In this document: in pieces, positions 1 to 12,500 of the stretch
Layout: each line of letters starts with the position of its first letter
How positions within the stretch are numbered: position 1 is the first letter of the stretch
Assembly: GCF_018977255.1 (NCBI RefSeq)
Contig: NW_024704743.1
Span: forward strand, 75,828,001 to 75,892,000
DNA length: 64,000 nt
Source of the DNA: Callorhinchus milii
Taxonomy: Eukaryota
Direction of reading: 5' to 3'
Translations under genes and position numbers: made by a program
The notes under the pieces: generated by a model
Told to the model about the DNA's origin: nothing
Database searches by the model: none
What the model saw: the letters and a program-made list of their open reading frames with translations, nothing else

Positions 1-29
1 AATTGACTTACATTTTTAATATTCATTTT

Positions 30-750
30 TATAATAATAATCCCTACTTTGATGCAGTGTTCAAAGAGGAAGCCTCAAATCGCTTCACAGGATATTCTAG
101 AAAGTGTTGTGACTGTTTTGTAGGTGAATGCAACCTGCAATTTGTGCACAGCCATGAAAGTAACCAATTTTATTCGGAGGATTCTTGGCTAAGACCCAGG
201 AGAAACACCCTTCTCTTTTCAAATAGTGCCATGGATCTTCATTGTGCACCTGAATAGGCTTGAACCCAAAACATTCTGACTCAAAGTGTTGCAACTGAGC
301 CAGCTTTTAAACAAAAATATAACTCTTTTTAAAAAAAACAGAGTGAAAGGCTGGACTTGTGCAGCTCGTGCTATTTCAGCAGTTGACGTCAGGGAAACAT
401 TAAAGAAAAATAACGAAAGAAAGAACAAATAAAATTCCGTCTGTATAATCCCCTATTTACATTGAAATGTTTCAAAGTGCTTTACAGCAATTACTGTTAA
501 GAGTAGTGACAGCTTGTGTAGGCAAAAGCACAACAGCTATTTGCACGCAGCAATGTCCCACATGTAGCCATGAGTTGAATTATCAATTAATCCATCGGCC
601 GGAAAACTCTTTTCTCAATCTCCCTTCTCTATTCCAGTAGGTCCGTGGGATTTTTAATATTCACCTAAACAGGCAGACGTGTACTCAGTTTAACGTCTCG
701 TCCAAAAAACGAGTCACATCTAACAATGCAGAGGTTACCAACACTGCACT
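30..750 (-). repeat. Two degenerate DeuSINE copies (about 30-310 and 440-750)
   Basis: AAATAGTGCCATGGATCTTC and AACAGGCAGACG...GTTTAACGTCTCGTCC motifs. Confidence 0.75.
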
Positions 751-1244
751 TAAGTGTGTGTCATCGATACTTAATAATAACCCAGAGCAGAAAATGATTT
801 ATTTACTTCTGAAGAGATTTCTTAAAAAGTATCATAATTTATAAGTGTTGCAAAAACAGAATAAAAATTGGATAATAACAGAATATATTGTTTGTGTTAT
901 TTGTGAGAAACACCTTTATGATCAACTTGTGACTTTTGGCTTGCTAATAATGAGGTGATCCTAGTTCATGGATTAAATTGGGATTCCTACAGTTAGTTAT
1001 TACACAGCCCCTAAAGCTCATCTTTGTTGATACTCTGTATAATACTAACTTGCATCTTTCTACACATAATATACATGTCAATTATAACTAGGTTTCAAAT
1101 TGAGAAGCACCATTTGTGACTATAATCTTTCTATCAAAGCACTAAATATGAGTAAAGATGACAGCTCAGCCAATACTTGATTGAAAAGATAATAAGAGTC
1201 TGAACCTATCCAGCTGAGATAGAAAGTGACTTTCCAATATATAA

Positions 1245-1715
1245 AAAAAACTTGCATTTGATATAGCATCTATAACGTTGAAATTTTACAAAGCGCTTCA
1301 CAAGTATTTGCTATGAGGCAAAGTGAATATATAATTGTAGGCAGAAATGTTGGCCAATTTTGACAAAGCAAAATCTCACAAACCGTTATGAAGTGAATGG
1401 TAAATTTAACTGGAGGATTGCCAGCCAGGACATCGGGAGACATTCCCTTTTCTTTTTGAATAATACACTGGGATCTACCCGTCCACCTGAACAAGCAGAT
1501 GGAACCTCAATTCAACAATTCAGCCAAAAACACAGAACGTTTGTCAATGCAGTGCACCTGCTGCAATGCCAGTATTAGATTGAAGTGTCACCCTGGACTG
1601 TGACCCCCAAGTCCTGAAATGTGACTTGAAACTACAAGCTTTTGACAGAGAACTGCTTCTCTGTCAAAAGCTTGTAGTTTCAAGTCACATTAACAACTGA
1701 GCTAGCCTGACACAT
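1245..1715 (-). mobile_element. DeuSINE copy carrying a perfect hairpin in its head
   Basis: Deu-domain and tail similarity on the minus strand; head region replaced in part by the inverted duplication at 1618-1691. Confidence 0.8.
1618..1691. repeat. Perfect inverted repeat, 35-bp arms with 4-nt loop
   Basis: AATGTGACTTGAAACTACAAGCTTTTGACAGAGAA-CTGC-TTCTCTGTCAAAAGCTTGTAGTTTCAAGTCACATT. Confidence 0.98.
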
Positions 1716-4700
1716 TACCAAAACTTTAATTTAAACACTGCAATCAAACATTTTAATTTAATTTAGCCAGAAAACTGATCAAATTAAGAGGCACCATGAG
1801 GATTTCTATCAGGTTTCCAATGGCTCTCTTCAGAGGCTGATGAGGAAATGGCTGCCCAGGTCATTGCTCGTGTTTGGGCACAATTGTGTTGAGTGTGACA
1901 TAGAGATTAGTAAAACTCTACAATAAATAGAAAAGAAAATGAATGACAGTCAGGGAGGGCCATGTGCTTTGAGGATGCTTATATTTTGGTTCTCAAGGAG
2001 AACTCAAGGAGCAGGAAATACAATAACTGGGCATCTGCTCTGTCCTTTCCGCAGTGCTAACCATATTAGCTCATGATTTGCCTCAGTGTGCAAGAAACAC
2101 AGATTTTGTGGTTTTCCATTTGCATGGTAAGTCATGATTTCCCAGATGGTTACTGCAAACTAAGGTAATAGAAAGCACTCGTACATCAATTTCAACTGAG
2201 TGAAACCTGGTGTGTTCTGCTCCTGGGTCTTACTCTTTGGAGCTTTGTCCTGGAGAGAAACGGTGTAAACACAAGCTGTCTACTAAAAGAACCATGCATA
2301 CCATCTAAGTTAACGTTCAAATCTTATTTTTTTTTAGGAGGATGGGGTGGGGGAAATTAGGTTGGAAGACAAATTAACAGTCCTGCGGTTCAGATTTCAC
2401 CCTGAGCAACTCTATCTGGCTCGGCGTCGTGCTCTGACACTGTCACCCGCTCTGGGTCGCTACCCTGCGTGAAGGGCGGTATATAAATGCAAATTTTTTT
2501 TGTTGTTGTTTCCTAGCAAACAAACTAACAGACGAGAAACCACATATCCTGGGATGGAAATGTAGTGAGCCATTTCTTTGAATCCAAGAGATATACTATA
2601 TCAGAAGGCAAAATGAAGCCCAATAATAACAATAACAACAACATGCATTATATAGCAACCTTCATGTGGGGCAACTTCTCGGACCAACTCCTTTCAAATG
2701 TCGAAGAACATCTGCCAATTAAAGCTACAAAACAACCCAAGAACCTGGGCTGGCAGGATATAGGACTGCTAGACTGTTTAGCTGACATTTATTGGACATA
2801 ATTCAGTGGATGATTTCAAAGAGATTGGGATGGAAACTGGAAAATGCTTAATATGATGGTGTGTGTGTATGGGGGGTGGGGCGGAGAGGGGGGCAATTAT
2901 GCAAGACATTTTTTATTCAGCTGAGGCTGTTATATTAAAAGGGCAGTTCAGTTCTGTAATTCATCACTGTAACCTGACCTACCCAGAAAGTGCCTGGGGT
3001 TACCATCCATACAGGGAAGGATAAGTATCCCCATTCCCTTGGATCATCATCATAAATAAAAATACATTTGGTTGAGAAAAGGTATACTGCTAAAGGGATA
3101 CTGGGAAAGAGAACGGAATGGAGATAGAGTCGATAGCTCCAGTGGGGGAGCTGATACCAGCACAGCCATGGGGAACTGAATGGTCTTCTGGGCTGTAAAC
3201 ATTATGTTTTCTGTGGGAGATTCCAAATACTATAAAGAACTACACAATATAAAAATTCGATTCTTCCAACTTTGTTAATTATCACATCACACCTCTCAAA
3301 TTTTACCTTTGGGTATGGGCATTCATCCCAAAAAGCCCATTCATACAAATCCTCAATATTCATCGGCTTCACTCCAACCCCTGTACATCTCCTGACAGAA
3401 AGTTCAATTTAGACTCTCTCTGAATCCCAAAGGCAATTGAGCAAAACACAGAATATTCAGTCCTCAAATCTATATTGTTCGATCTTTGCACCCTTCCTGC
3501 TCAGGCACCTTTACCCCAAACTCCTATGCAGAGTCATCAGCACTAATGTATTACATAGGTGAATGCGAGAGCTGTTTATAAATGCATAGATGATACTATA
3601 CCCTTAGACTATCCATCGCCAATAAGTTGCTCATTAAACATTGCGTAGAATTTCCTAGCAGAGTTGTTGAGCTCATCAAAGATAGGGAGTGAAATTAATA
3701 GCAATAGATGCACACTCACACATAGGTACTTCAACAATCTTGCCATGTCAAATGCAACATATTAGTTTAATTCCCTTAAACGGCTGGACCAAAATGAGCC
3801 ATTTGCTCTCTTTTAAAAGAAAGAATGCACAGCTAAAATTAACAGAAGAATCCTTTAAATGTTAATGAGGATTATTTTGAAGAAGACCTACACACAGGTG
3901 AGACATTCACACAGCTGCTGATAAATGCATCATGTGGAGTGAAATGTTTCGACAGCCAAGGTTTTAGCAAACTTTATGTATCACTTTGCAACACCAGAAA
4001 TACCAGATAACAAGATGACAAGTTACCTTTAAGATACAATTCCACTAGAGTTTACATTTATATAGAGCCTTTCACATTGGGAGGACATCTTAAAGAGCTT
4101 GACATTGCTTGGCAGAGAACCCGACCTTTCGGTGGAAGTTGAAGCGAGCAGAGAGGGGAAAGATGACGAGAAACATTTTCGAAGAGATAGACCATGAATG
4201 AGGTGAGAAAGCACCTGAGTTGGAGGGGCTCCAGTTGAAGTTCCAGAGAGTGGGGACAGAATGGCTGAACGGTGGGACAGATAGGACAGGGGACAAGAAG
4301 CCGGGTCAGGAGGGGTGAAAATAGACGCCATTCACAATCTTTTTGTACATGCCTCTATATAGTGTTGTTAAAAATGTCACCCTTGGGAAAATCAGCTGAT
4401 GTACAATATTTGGAATGGCAACACTGTTCACTTGCCTATGTTGCTGAACTCAATTAATTTAGACGAAGGGCAGAGGGAATATCAGTGATTACAATTTCCA
4501 TCTTGTAAAGAATGCACATAATTGTAGGAAATTCTTAAATTCAGTCTTAATTTAGAAGCCAGTAATTTTGAAAGGAATACCAGAAAATTTGTTTCCAAAT
4601 TGAGGTTGAATTAAGAAATTTCCAGAATTTTGAACAATCTTATATTCTGTTCTGAGATGTCTACTGTTTTCAATCTTTATCATTAGGAATTAGCTACAGA

Positions 4701-4734
4701 AGGTACAACTTCTAAGATTGTTGGTACCAAATTG

Positions 4735-5040
4735 AGGGCATGGCAAATAGAAAGGAAGAATGCAGTAAACTGCACAGCAGCGTGAGCAAATACAGTTTAA
4801 TGTTATGAAATGGGAAGTAATATATTTTGGGGAAAAGAACAAAGAAAGGAAATTCACCTAATATGGTACTACTCCTAATGACGTGGAAGAACAGAGAGAT
4901 CTAGGGAGCAAACACAAGATCTTCAATTATCAGTGCAGGTAGAAAAGGCCATCAAAGGAAAATGGCTTTATTTTAGGGAACAAAATAGCAAGGAGGAGAT
5001 TGGGAGCACTGTTCTAGTTCTGGCACCTTATTATTGAAGG
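4735..5040 (+). mobile_element. Old CR1 ORF2 remnant, interrupted by a MITE
   Basis: Decayed FNV.K.EV..FG.KN and GAGAGAGATCTAGGG (ERDLG) motifs. Confidence 0.7.
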
Positions 5041-5077
5041 TACTGTACAATAAATAAATAAAAATAAAGATTAGGTA

Positions 5078-5260
5078 TACCCTCAAACCTGTTTAAGCAA
5101 CCACCTCCATTCAGCAACAACCCTCTGTTAAGAAACACCATAGAACAGCCCCTTCAGTTTGTGTTCACACGCCAATGAACATTTACTCCAAGGCCACTCT
5201 AATATAAAGGCCACATTGGCCCAATCGCTTGAGAGGTTGTTGAAGACAGGTTTGCCTATA
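5078..5260. mobile_element. Tigger/pogo-like MITE (about 180 bp)
   Basis: Left TACCCTCAAACCTGTTTAAGCAACC; right GGTTGTTGAAGACAGGTTTGCCTATA. Imperfect TIRs with TA ends, no coding capacity. Confidence 0.65.
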
Positions 5261-7148
5261 TGAGAAGAGAACTAAAATTGACAGAACCAGAGAGAAAGAT
5301 TGAACTTGAAGTAGACTATGCTATTCTTACTTGTTTATACTTTGGACTGCCAGGGTTGTTGAAAACGTTGGTGGCCACAGTATTAAAGACAATGAAATTC
5401 TAATTTTCGTCATTAAGTGTAGAATCTTTCACTTTGTTCTCTTTTGGGAGTAGAAATTCCACCCATGGTCTAAATTTACTCTATTTTCTTAGCATTTTAG
5501 AGCACCCAGAATTTGGCAAATTCTTCTGATTTGGGCAAATTGATCTGATTTTGAAGTTGGTTTCCTGTCAGTGATTTGAGAACATCAGTTTCAAAGTTAC
5601 GATTGAATTCAACTATCTGCTAAATTCTGCAAGTTTTGAAATACAAAAAAAAGAGTAACTTTAGCCCCAGGTGGTATTTCTTTCCAGTGTTGGGAATATT
5701 CCATTATATGTGGATAATATCAATGTTGTTGCAAGACTGCAATAGGAACTATTCCTTAAATAAAATAATAAACCTTGCAGTAAATATAGTACCTTTTACA
5801 TCAGCAAGGCATCTCAAACTGCTTCATTTACTCAAAGGGATTAATTTACTGTGAAGTGTAGTGATTGGCAAAAGCCATTTAGGTTTTGCTCTTCTGAAGC
5901 ACTTTCTCAGGTTTGTCCATTCTACCCAATTCATTTCTTATATTTTGTCTGACACTTTAAGATTAACTGTAAACGTTCTTGTTGCTGGCAATTCCTGTAC
6001 TGAACATTCATGCAAAACCAACATTTATTAAACAAATTAATAATTTGTTTTGCTTGTCAAGCAACAGAAATAGCATTCATTTAAGTCAAAATGCCACCAA
6101 GTTATTAATTGTAATATAAAATTGTGCAATTCAATATTTGACACAATGGGAGGGATTTTCTGCTTGTGCACTCAATGTAGCATCATCACATTCATTAATG
6201 TGGGCTCAATACTATCTTTCGTTCAGGAAGTTCCAAAAATTTCATCCTGCCCACTTATATACAACTTCAATACAATTTTAAAGTGTAAATAACATGACAA
6301 TAAAACATTTTTTTGAAAACCGTATTGTTAAATTTAAACTGTATTGTTAAATTTAAATTATCATTATTTATGAATGAACAAGAACAAATGCACAAACTTG
6401 ACTACTGTATACTGTATATCCCACATCAACAAACAACAACTTTCATTTATATAGTGGTCCTTCACAGAGTAACATCTCGGACCGCTGTAACAAAATGTTA
6501 CACAAAGCACACAGAGCACAAAGTAGCCCCATTGGAAATACTGCTGGTTTCACCTTTCTTGAAGTCTATAAATAAATTTGTTAAAGGAGCTAACAAAACA
6601 TTTTGGTTTAAATGTTTAGATATTCCATCCACTTTATCTCATTTTACAGTCCCCGTACACGCATACCAGAAGGTTTTTCCTAGGGGAGGAGGGTGGAAAG
6701 GTGGTGTGTGATGTAATAATTATCACACTGTTGGACATTCTGGTCCTGGAAGTATCATATTCAATGACTTCTGTGGTTGAACACCCCTATCTAAAAAACA
6801 ACCCATTACAGAGAGAATATGGAATTATATTATAATATTGCTCAGTAACTAACATCACGCACATTATGCAGAGAACATCAGTCAGTAACCATCATTTTTC
6901 CCTAAAAAATATGTTCGACTACAGAAACAATCACTGCACTTTACAGTAAATCCTGTGAAGTATTTTGAGATAATCTCCCGAATTTTAAAGATGCTTTGTA
7001 ACTGACACTCATTACTGAGAGCGTGCCACTCACTAACTAACATTAATAATAATCCTTAGATTTGATATAAAGCTTTACACATCAGGAAGACTTCTCAAAG
7101 CGATATCCTTTGATGTGTATTTTATGGACAAAATGTGGCAGCCAATTT

Positions 7149-7525
7149 ATAATAATAATAATCCTTGCATTTGATTTACCATCTTATCCTCTCTTCCAGA
7201 CATCTCAAAGCGCTTCAATGAATATACTGTGAAGTGAATTGACTGTATATTTTGTGGGTGAAACCGGCAGCTAATTGCGTACAGCAGCGTCCCACAAACA
7301 GTTGTGGATTGAGTGACCGAATTATTATTATTTCTAAAAAACCTTGAAGGGATTATTACCCCCGGAAAAACAATTAGAAAACAACAGGATTCCTACTTAC
7401 CGCTTGATGAACAGAGGCATGTGGAGTAAGGAAACTTGCCTAAGGTTTCGCCCTGCCCAGCAATCGAACCCATATCCTCTCGCTTGCGAGGCGAGTACTC
7501 TAACCACTATGCTACAGGACTCCAC
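7149..7525 (-). mobile_element. tRNA-headed SINE, long subfamily, inserted in a DeuSINE
   Basis: Head at about 7450-7525 and an extra segment of about 60 nt. The host SINE resumes across ATTT repeats (GCCAATTT|...|ATTTGCACACAGC). Confidence 0.88.
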
Positions 7526-7785
7526 ATTTGCACACAGCACTGTCCCACACACACCCATGAAGTGAATGACCAATATTATTTTGGGGTTTGTTGGCCAGGA
7601 CACTGGAAGAAATTCCCTTCTCTTTTTGAATAGTGCCATGGGATCTTTAACGCCACTTGATCAGGCAGACGGGGGCTCGGTTTAACATCTCGTCTGAAGT
7701 ACGCCACCTCCAATAATACAGTACACTCCCAGAACTGCATTGGAGTGTCAACATAGGCTATGTGAGTTCAAAATCCTGATGTATT
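7526..7785 (-). mobile_element. DeuSINE 5' part (3' part at about 7025-7148)
   Basis: AATAGTGCCATGGGATCTTTAAC...CAGGCAGACGGGGGCTCGGTTTAACATCTCGTCTGAAG. Confidence 0.85.
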
Positions 7786-8929
7786 CGCACACAATAAATA
7801 CAGTCACTACAGTTTATAGTATATCCTGCAAAGCACTTTGGGTCACCTTCCCGACTTGAACTGCGCTATACCAAATGCAAGGATTATTATTAAAACTTAA
7901 TAATTATTATTATTATCTTCAACTTTAAAGAGAGTCTGTCACCCACTACATTACTGATAAATAGATCTAAAGGATCTGGAGACAGGGCTATCTGATATTT
8001 TTCTGTAACTACAGTAAAACTTGTATGTTAAATGAAGATAATAATAAATTGTATAATCACCTAAGTCATACATCTGCCAAGTCCCATTGAATGTCCTATT
8101 ATTTATAAATTTCACATAACTCGTAGTTTGCATATGTCATATTCAATGTATGGTCCAAAGTGGTACGACTTATGTGAAGTTTATTGTGTAACCTAACTCT
8201 GATGGGTAATCTTTTACGGATGTGTGGAGGGAAACTATGACAAAACTGGGGCAGGAGAGTCTTGTGTGACCAAGCTTAGTGAGAAATCATTTGCTAATTA
8301 CTCACAATGTAACTTCCAATAGGGAGCAGGGCATTGCCACGGGGATGGAAACGTATTGATTTTCTATTGAAAGGATTGATGGCCTTTTATTTTACATTCA
8401 CCGCCCCTGAGAATTTCTGGGAAACTTCGGCACACGGTTTCTTGCCTTTCCCCTCTAAGGGCAAAGAGCTACAGATGATAAATTCTAATGATTGACTGTC
8501 ATTGAGAAAATGATGCATTTGGAATCTGCACAGTTGGTGTAGGGCCATAGGGATTGTAAACAACTGGAAAATATGATCTTCTCTTATTTGAGATTTGCTG
8601 AATGGGCTCAAAAATTCCATGGACATGTAGAACATTGTGCAGAATATAGTATAACAAGATTTATTTAGTGCTGTGTAGTCACTGAGCATGAAACCATTGA
8701 TTGTTGTGTGTTAAATAAAGATTACTGAGTTATTACATTTCAGGGAATGTTTGAAATAACCTGTTCTAATGCAACATTTCAACAGTCTTTTGTAACAGAA
8801 AACAATCCAATTTCTATGCAAAATATAAAGAACGTACATTTTTAAAAGTGTATTATCTACCTTTGTTTTATTCCATATCATGTCAATGATGTTAACTTTA
8901 TTATACTACAGGTTAGGATGGTTATGTTA

Positions 8930-9418
8930 CAAGTGCTGGAGATGGTACAGAGATTCACTGGGATGTTGCCTGGAATGAGGAAATGTAGGTATAGGGAATG
9001 GCTTGATCAACTGGGGCTTTTTTAGTTGAGGCTCAGAAGGCTGAGAGGGAATATGATAGAAGTATATAACATAATGGGAGGCTTAGATAGGGTGGAAAGG
9101 GAAAGATTGTTTCTGGTGTTTGAAGGTCTAGAACAGAGGACATAGATTTAGAATCAGAACTAGGTGGTCCAGAACGGAGATTGGGAAAAATGTTTTCGCA
9201 CAGAGTTGTGGGAGTGGGTGGGAAGTGGAACTGCCAAAGTTAGTTGTTCGGAGAGCAACCACGAATACATTCAAAAACACACTGGACATGTTGTTAAGAG
9301 AGAATAACATTGAGGGATATGGGGAAAAGCCAGGATATGGGACAGGCACTCATGTGGTGCATAAACACCAGGCAGACTGAATGGACTGTTTCTGTGGGGT
9401 GTGCTTTCTATGAATGTA
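8930..9418 (+). mobile_element. Degenerate CR1 3' end
   Basis: AGAAGGCTGAGAGGGAATATGATAGAAGTATATAAC (RRLRGNMIEVY) plus a CR1-like 3'UTR. Confidence 0.85.
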
Positions 9419-10057
9419 TAAGCAGGTGCATTAAATTGCCTTCTAAACATCAGTATGTGTTGTGATAATGTATCAGATACTGCATTTTTCACTCTGATGT
9501 GTTTTCTTAGGAACTAGAGTTTAAAATGTAATTTTTAGATCATCATTTTTTTAAGAAACACATTAGTATCAAATTCCCTGAGCACTTTATGTTATGGAAA
9601 TTGTGTGTTTGATTTTCTAATGAAAATGCTGGAAATAATTACAGCATGGGAGTAGCCGGTATTAGAGAGCAAATAAAATGAGATTACGCAGAGCACAGAG
9701 CGTCTCAGAACCTGTATAGGCAACCTTCAGTATACGATCTTCAGGTTTTAACTGATCTGTTAATCAAACCACAAAAGCTTTTCCTCATCACAATCTGAAA
9801 AGCAAACAGGCAGGGCTTGCTGAGGGGAAAGGCAGCATTTTATGTTGAGTTGCATTGTGCTCAGCGATGAAATATAAGGGAGAATGCCAATGCCAAAGAA
9901 GTGCTTTGAATAGCTCAGCTCCCTTCTAGCGCATCTTACAGAAAGCTTCTGACTGGGTTCACAGAGATGGACCTGTTTTTACTCGACTTTGAGGAAAAAG
10001 CCAGTGAGAGGTTGAGGTAGCCTTCAAGTTCTAGAATCTCTGTCAAATGCTTCTTAC

Positions 10058-10084
10058 CTCTGAGAGGTTTTCTTGTATTTTCTC
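10058..10084 (-). CDS. PDE1C: PDE1C 27-nt microexon 2, (L)RKYKKTSQ(R)
   Basis: Minus strand: tttctcttcttcccacAG|GAGAAAATACAAGAAAACCTCTCAGAG|GTAAGA. TT from exon 1 plus G gives Leu, then RKYKKTSQ + AG. This continues the known PDE1C sequence LRGLRKYKKTSQRLRSLVK. Polypyrimidine tract, AG and GT are all canonical. Confidence 0.95.
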
Positions 10085-12500
10085 CTGTGGGAAGAAGAGA
10101 AACATAAATCAGAGGAGAGTGGAATTTTAATGAATTACCCACTTTATCATACAATCATTAGAAAGATACTCATTGGAGCAGTTATGGGGAAAATTAATGA
10201 AAAATGTTCCACTTAGACGTGATTTCCCCTCTGTTTGTCCAGCTCCTGTTCTACTCTACCAGGCATTTATTAAATACATAATGTAATACATACAAGCCAG
10301 AATTGGTGTTGTGCTTCACAATCCTGGACTGTGGGGACCCCATCAATACTGAGCTACACGTATTACTCTGCCAGCATTTCATTAAGCTAAGTAAAAGTGG
10401 AGTCCTGTAGCTCAGTGGTTAGAGCACTCGCTTTGCAAGTGAGAGACCTGAGTTCAATTCCAGGCAGGGCGAAACCTTGGGCAAGTTTCCTTACTCCACA
10501 CTCCTAATAATAATCCCTCCAAAAACCAAAAACAATATTAAATTGGTCATTTTCAATCTATGACTGTTTGTGGGACATTGCTGCGCGCAATTGGCTGCCA
10601 CGTTCGCCCACAAATATACAGTCAATTCACTTTACAGTGTGTTCTGTGAAGTGCTTTGGGACGTCCTCCCGACGTGAAAAGGGCTATATCAAATGCAAGG
10701 ATTATTATTATTATATTATATAAAAACTAAAACCCTTAATCAAATACATTAAGAGAAGTAAAAAAAACTAAGGTCTATCATAGAGAGCTGGAAAGTAAGA
10801 TTAATAATAAAGGGTGACTTAGAAAAACACAGCACTGCAACAGATGCCAGGGGCTGAATGGCCACTTCTATGTTGAAAGTTTCCAATATTTATAATAATA
10901 ATCCTTACATTTGATATAACGCCTTTTAAATGTAGAAGGCATCTCAAAGCCTTCAAAGGATGTACTATAAATTTAGTAATTGTGTGTTCAAGCGCTCTAA
11001 AACAATACCCATGTAAAGGCAGTTGTATAAATGCAAGTTGTTGTTTTGTAGGTGACTGTTTCATAAAATGTATTTCGCCCACAAAATACACAGTCACTCC
11101 ACTTTACAACGTATCCTGTGAAGCACTTTGAGATGTCTCAATGACTGACAAAACGCTATTTCAAATGTAAGGATTGTAATTATTATAAAAGCTCTTATTT
11201 TTACCACTGACAATGAATGGAAGCCACGAAAATTTCCCCCCACATTTCATTGAGGTTTAAAGCATTATATCCTACATGGAGAATTTTTTTCTAGCATTAC
11301 TAAAAAAACAGAGGTAAAGTAATTCACTGGCAAAAATATAGCAGTGTGTTTAGTTTACCATTGGGAGCTATAGAGTACGATATTAACATTCCCTGAAATT
11401 GTGTTCAGTCAAATGGCAGCTGTCCAGTTCAGTTGGAAGCTGGTGATTAGTGACACAGTGCAATGGCTCTGCAGGATTCATCACTCATATCCAGGATTAA
11501 ACTTTGATGGAGGAAACATGGGCTGGAATGACATCAAGCCAGCTTGCACCACATGCAAAGTCACAAAACAGATCTGCACCTTGCCCTAAGCTGCAATAAA
11601 TCTATCAGCCTGCTGCATTCCCCCCCCTGTCCTAGATAGCTGGCGTGTTGCTGAAACGCAAAGCTTTGAATCTTTACGCACAACGATTTCACAGCCCTCG
11701 GCCACGTTATTAAAAAAAAGGATGGAAAAGGAGGAGAGGGAAGCAGGGGCAAGGTCCCAGCTCCTGCCAACTGGGTTCACGTGAGAGACTGGAAATCGGG
11801 ATGTGCAACCCGTTCCGACAGAGGAACATCTGGGAGGCAGGAGGGACATGGAGAAAAGGATACAATTAAAATGGTAAATCATGGCTGGAAAGGCGCACCA
11901 GTTAAACAGCAGCCGGGAGACGAGGTGGTATTGTGCATTAAAAGTGACCTGATCGTGTAGTTCTGGAGGTGCTGTGTTTTTGTTTTTTTACAAAAAGAGT
12001 TATTTCTCTCACCCGATGTCTGATCCGTGGCATTTATCAGTTCCCGGGAAAGGATTTCCATTCCCTGTGGAATGGTCAGCACCAGCAGAAGAGCGTGGAT
12101 TACTTTTAAATGCCACCACAAGCACAATGTGGGCATCGAGATAATCCGCAACCAAAGCGGACACCACAATAAACCTGTGATCAGAAATGTCACGAAAGCC
12201 CTCGGCACAACTTATTAAGTGAGAAGCAACGTGTCAGAGTGTGTGATAAGTCAAATCAAACAACAGCTTTGCAGATCTCACTCGCAGCGAGTCCTGGAGG
12301 GGCAAAAAAAAAGTTTGATACAAACTAATCACATGCGAGACATTATAGACCCTGGTAAAATAGATGGAGTTTTAATTTTTAGAGAAAACGTTATAGTTGA
12401 ACAATGAAGTGAAATGCAACATTTGATGTTGGAGGAAAACGAAAGGAACGCGATATCCGGATTTTTTGTGTTTTTTTTTAAAAAAAGGGGTTATACTTAC
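10085..12500 (-). other. PDE1C: PDE1C intron 1 (2416 nt, GT-AG)
   Basis: Bounded by the exon 1 donor and the microexon acceptor; contains a tRNA-headed SINE and SINE/L2 tail fragments. Confidence 0.9.
10397..10716 (+). mobile_element. tRNA-headed SINE, short subfamily (full length)
   Basis: GTGGAGTCCTGTAGCTCAGTGGTTAGAGC (A box) ... GAGTTCAATTCC (B box), CTTGGGCAAGTT core, L2-like tail ending in (ATT)n. Confidence 0.92.

Larger units (their letters stand above)
1..10057 (-). other. PDE1C: PDE1C intron 2 (partial, runs off the left edge)
   Basis: Starts at the GTAAGA donor after the microexon. I did not find the expected next exon (LRSLVKQLERGEASVVDLKKNLEY...) within 1-10057. Confidence 0.8.

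Noticed and set aside
10397..10475. Genuine tRNA-Ala gene (also at 33500, 42655, 62420, 62954)
   Set aside because: Each cloverleaf continues directly into a SINE body and tail, and the copies vary at the anticodon.
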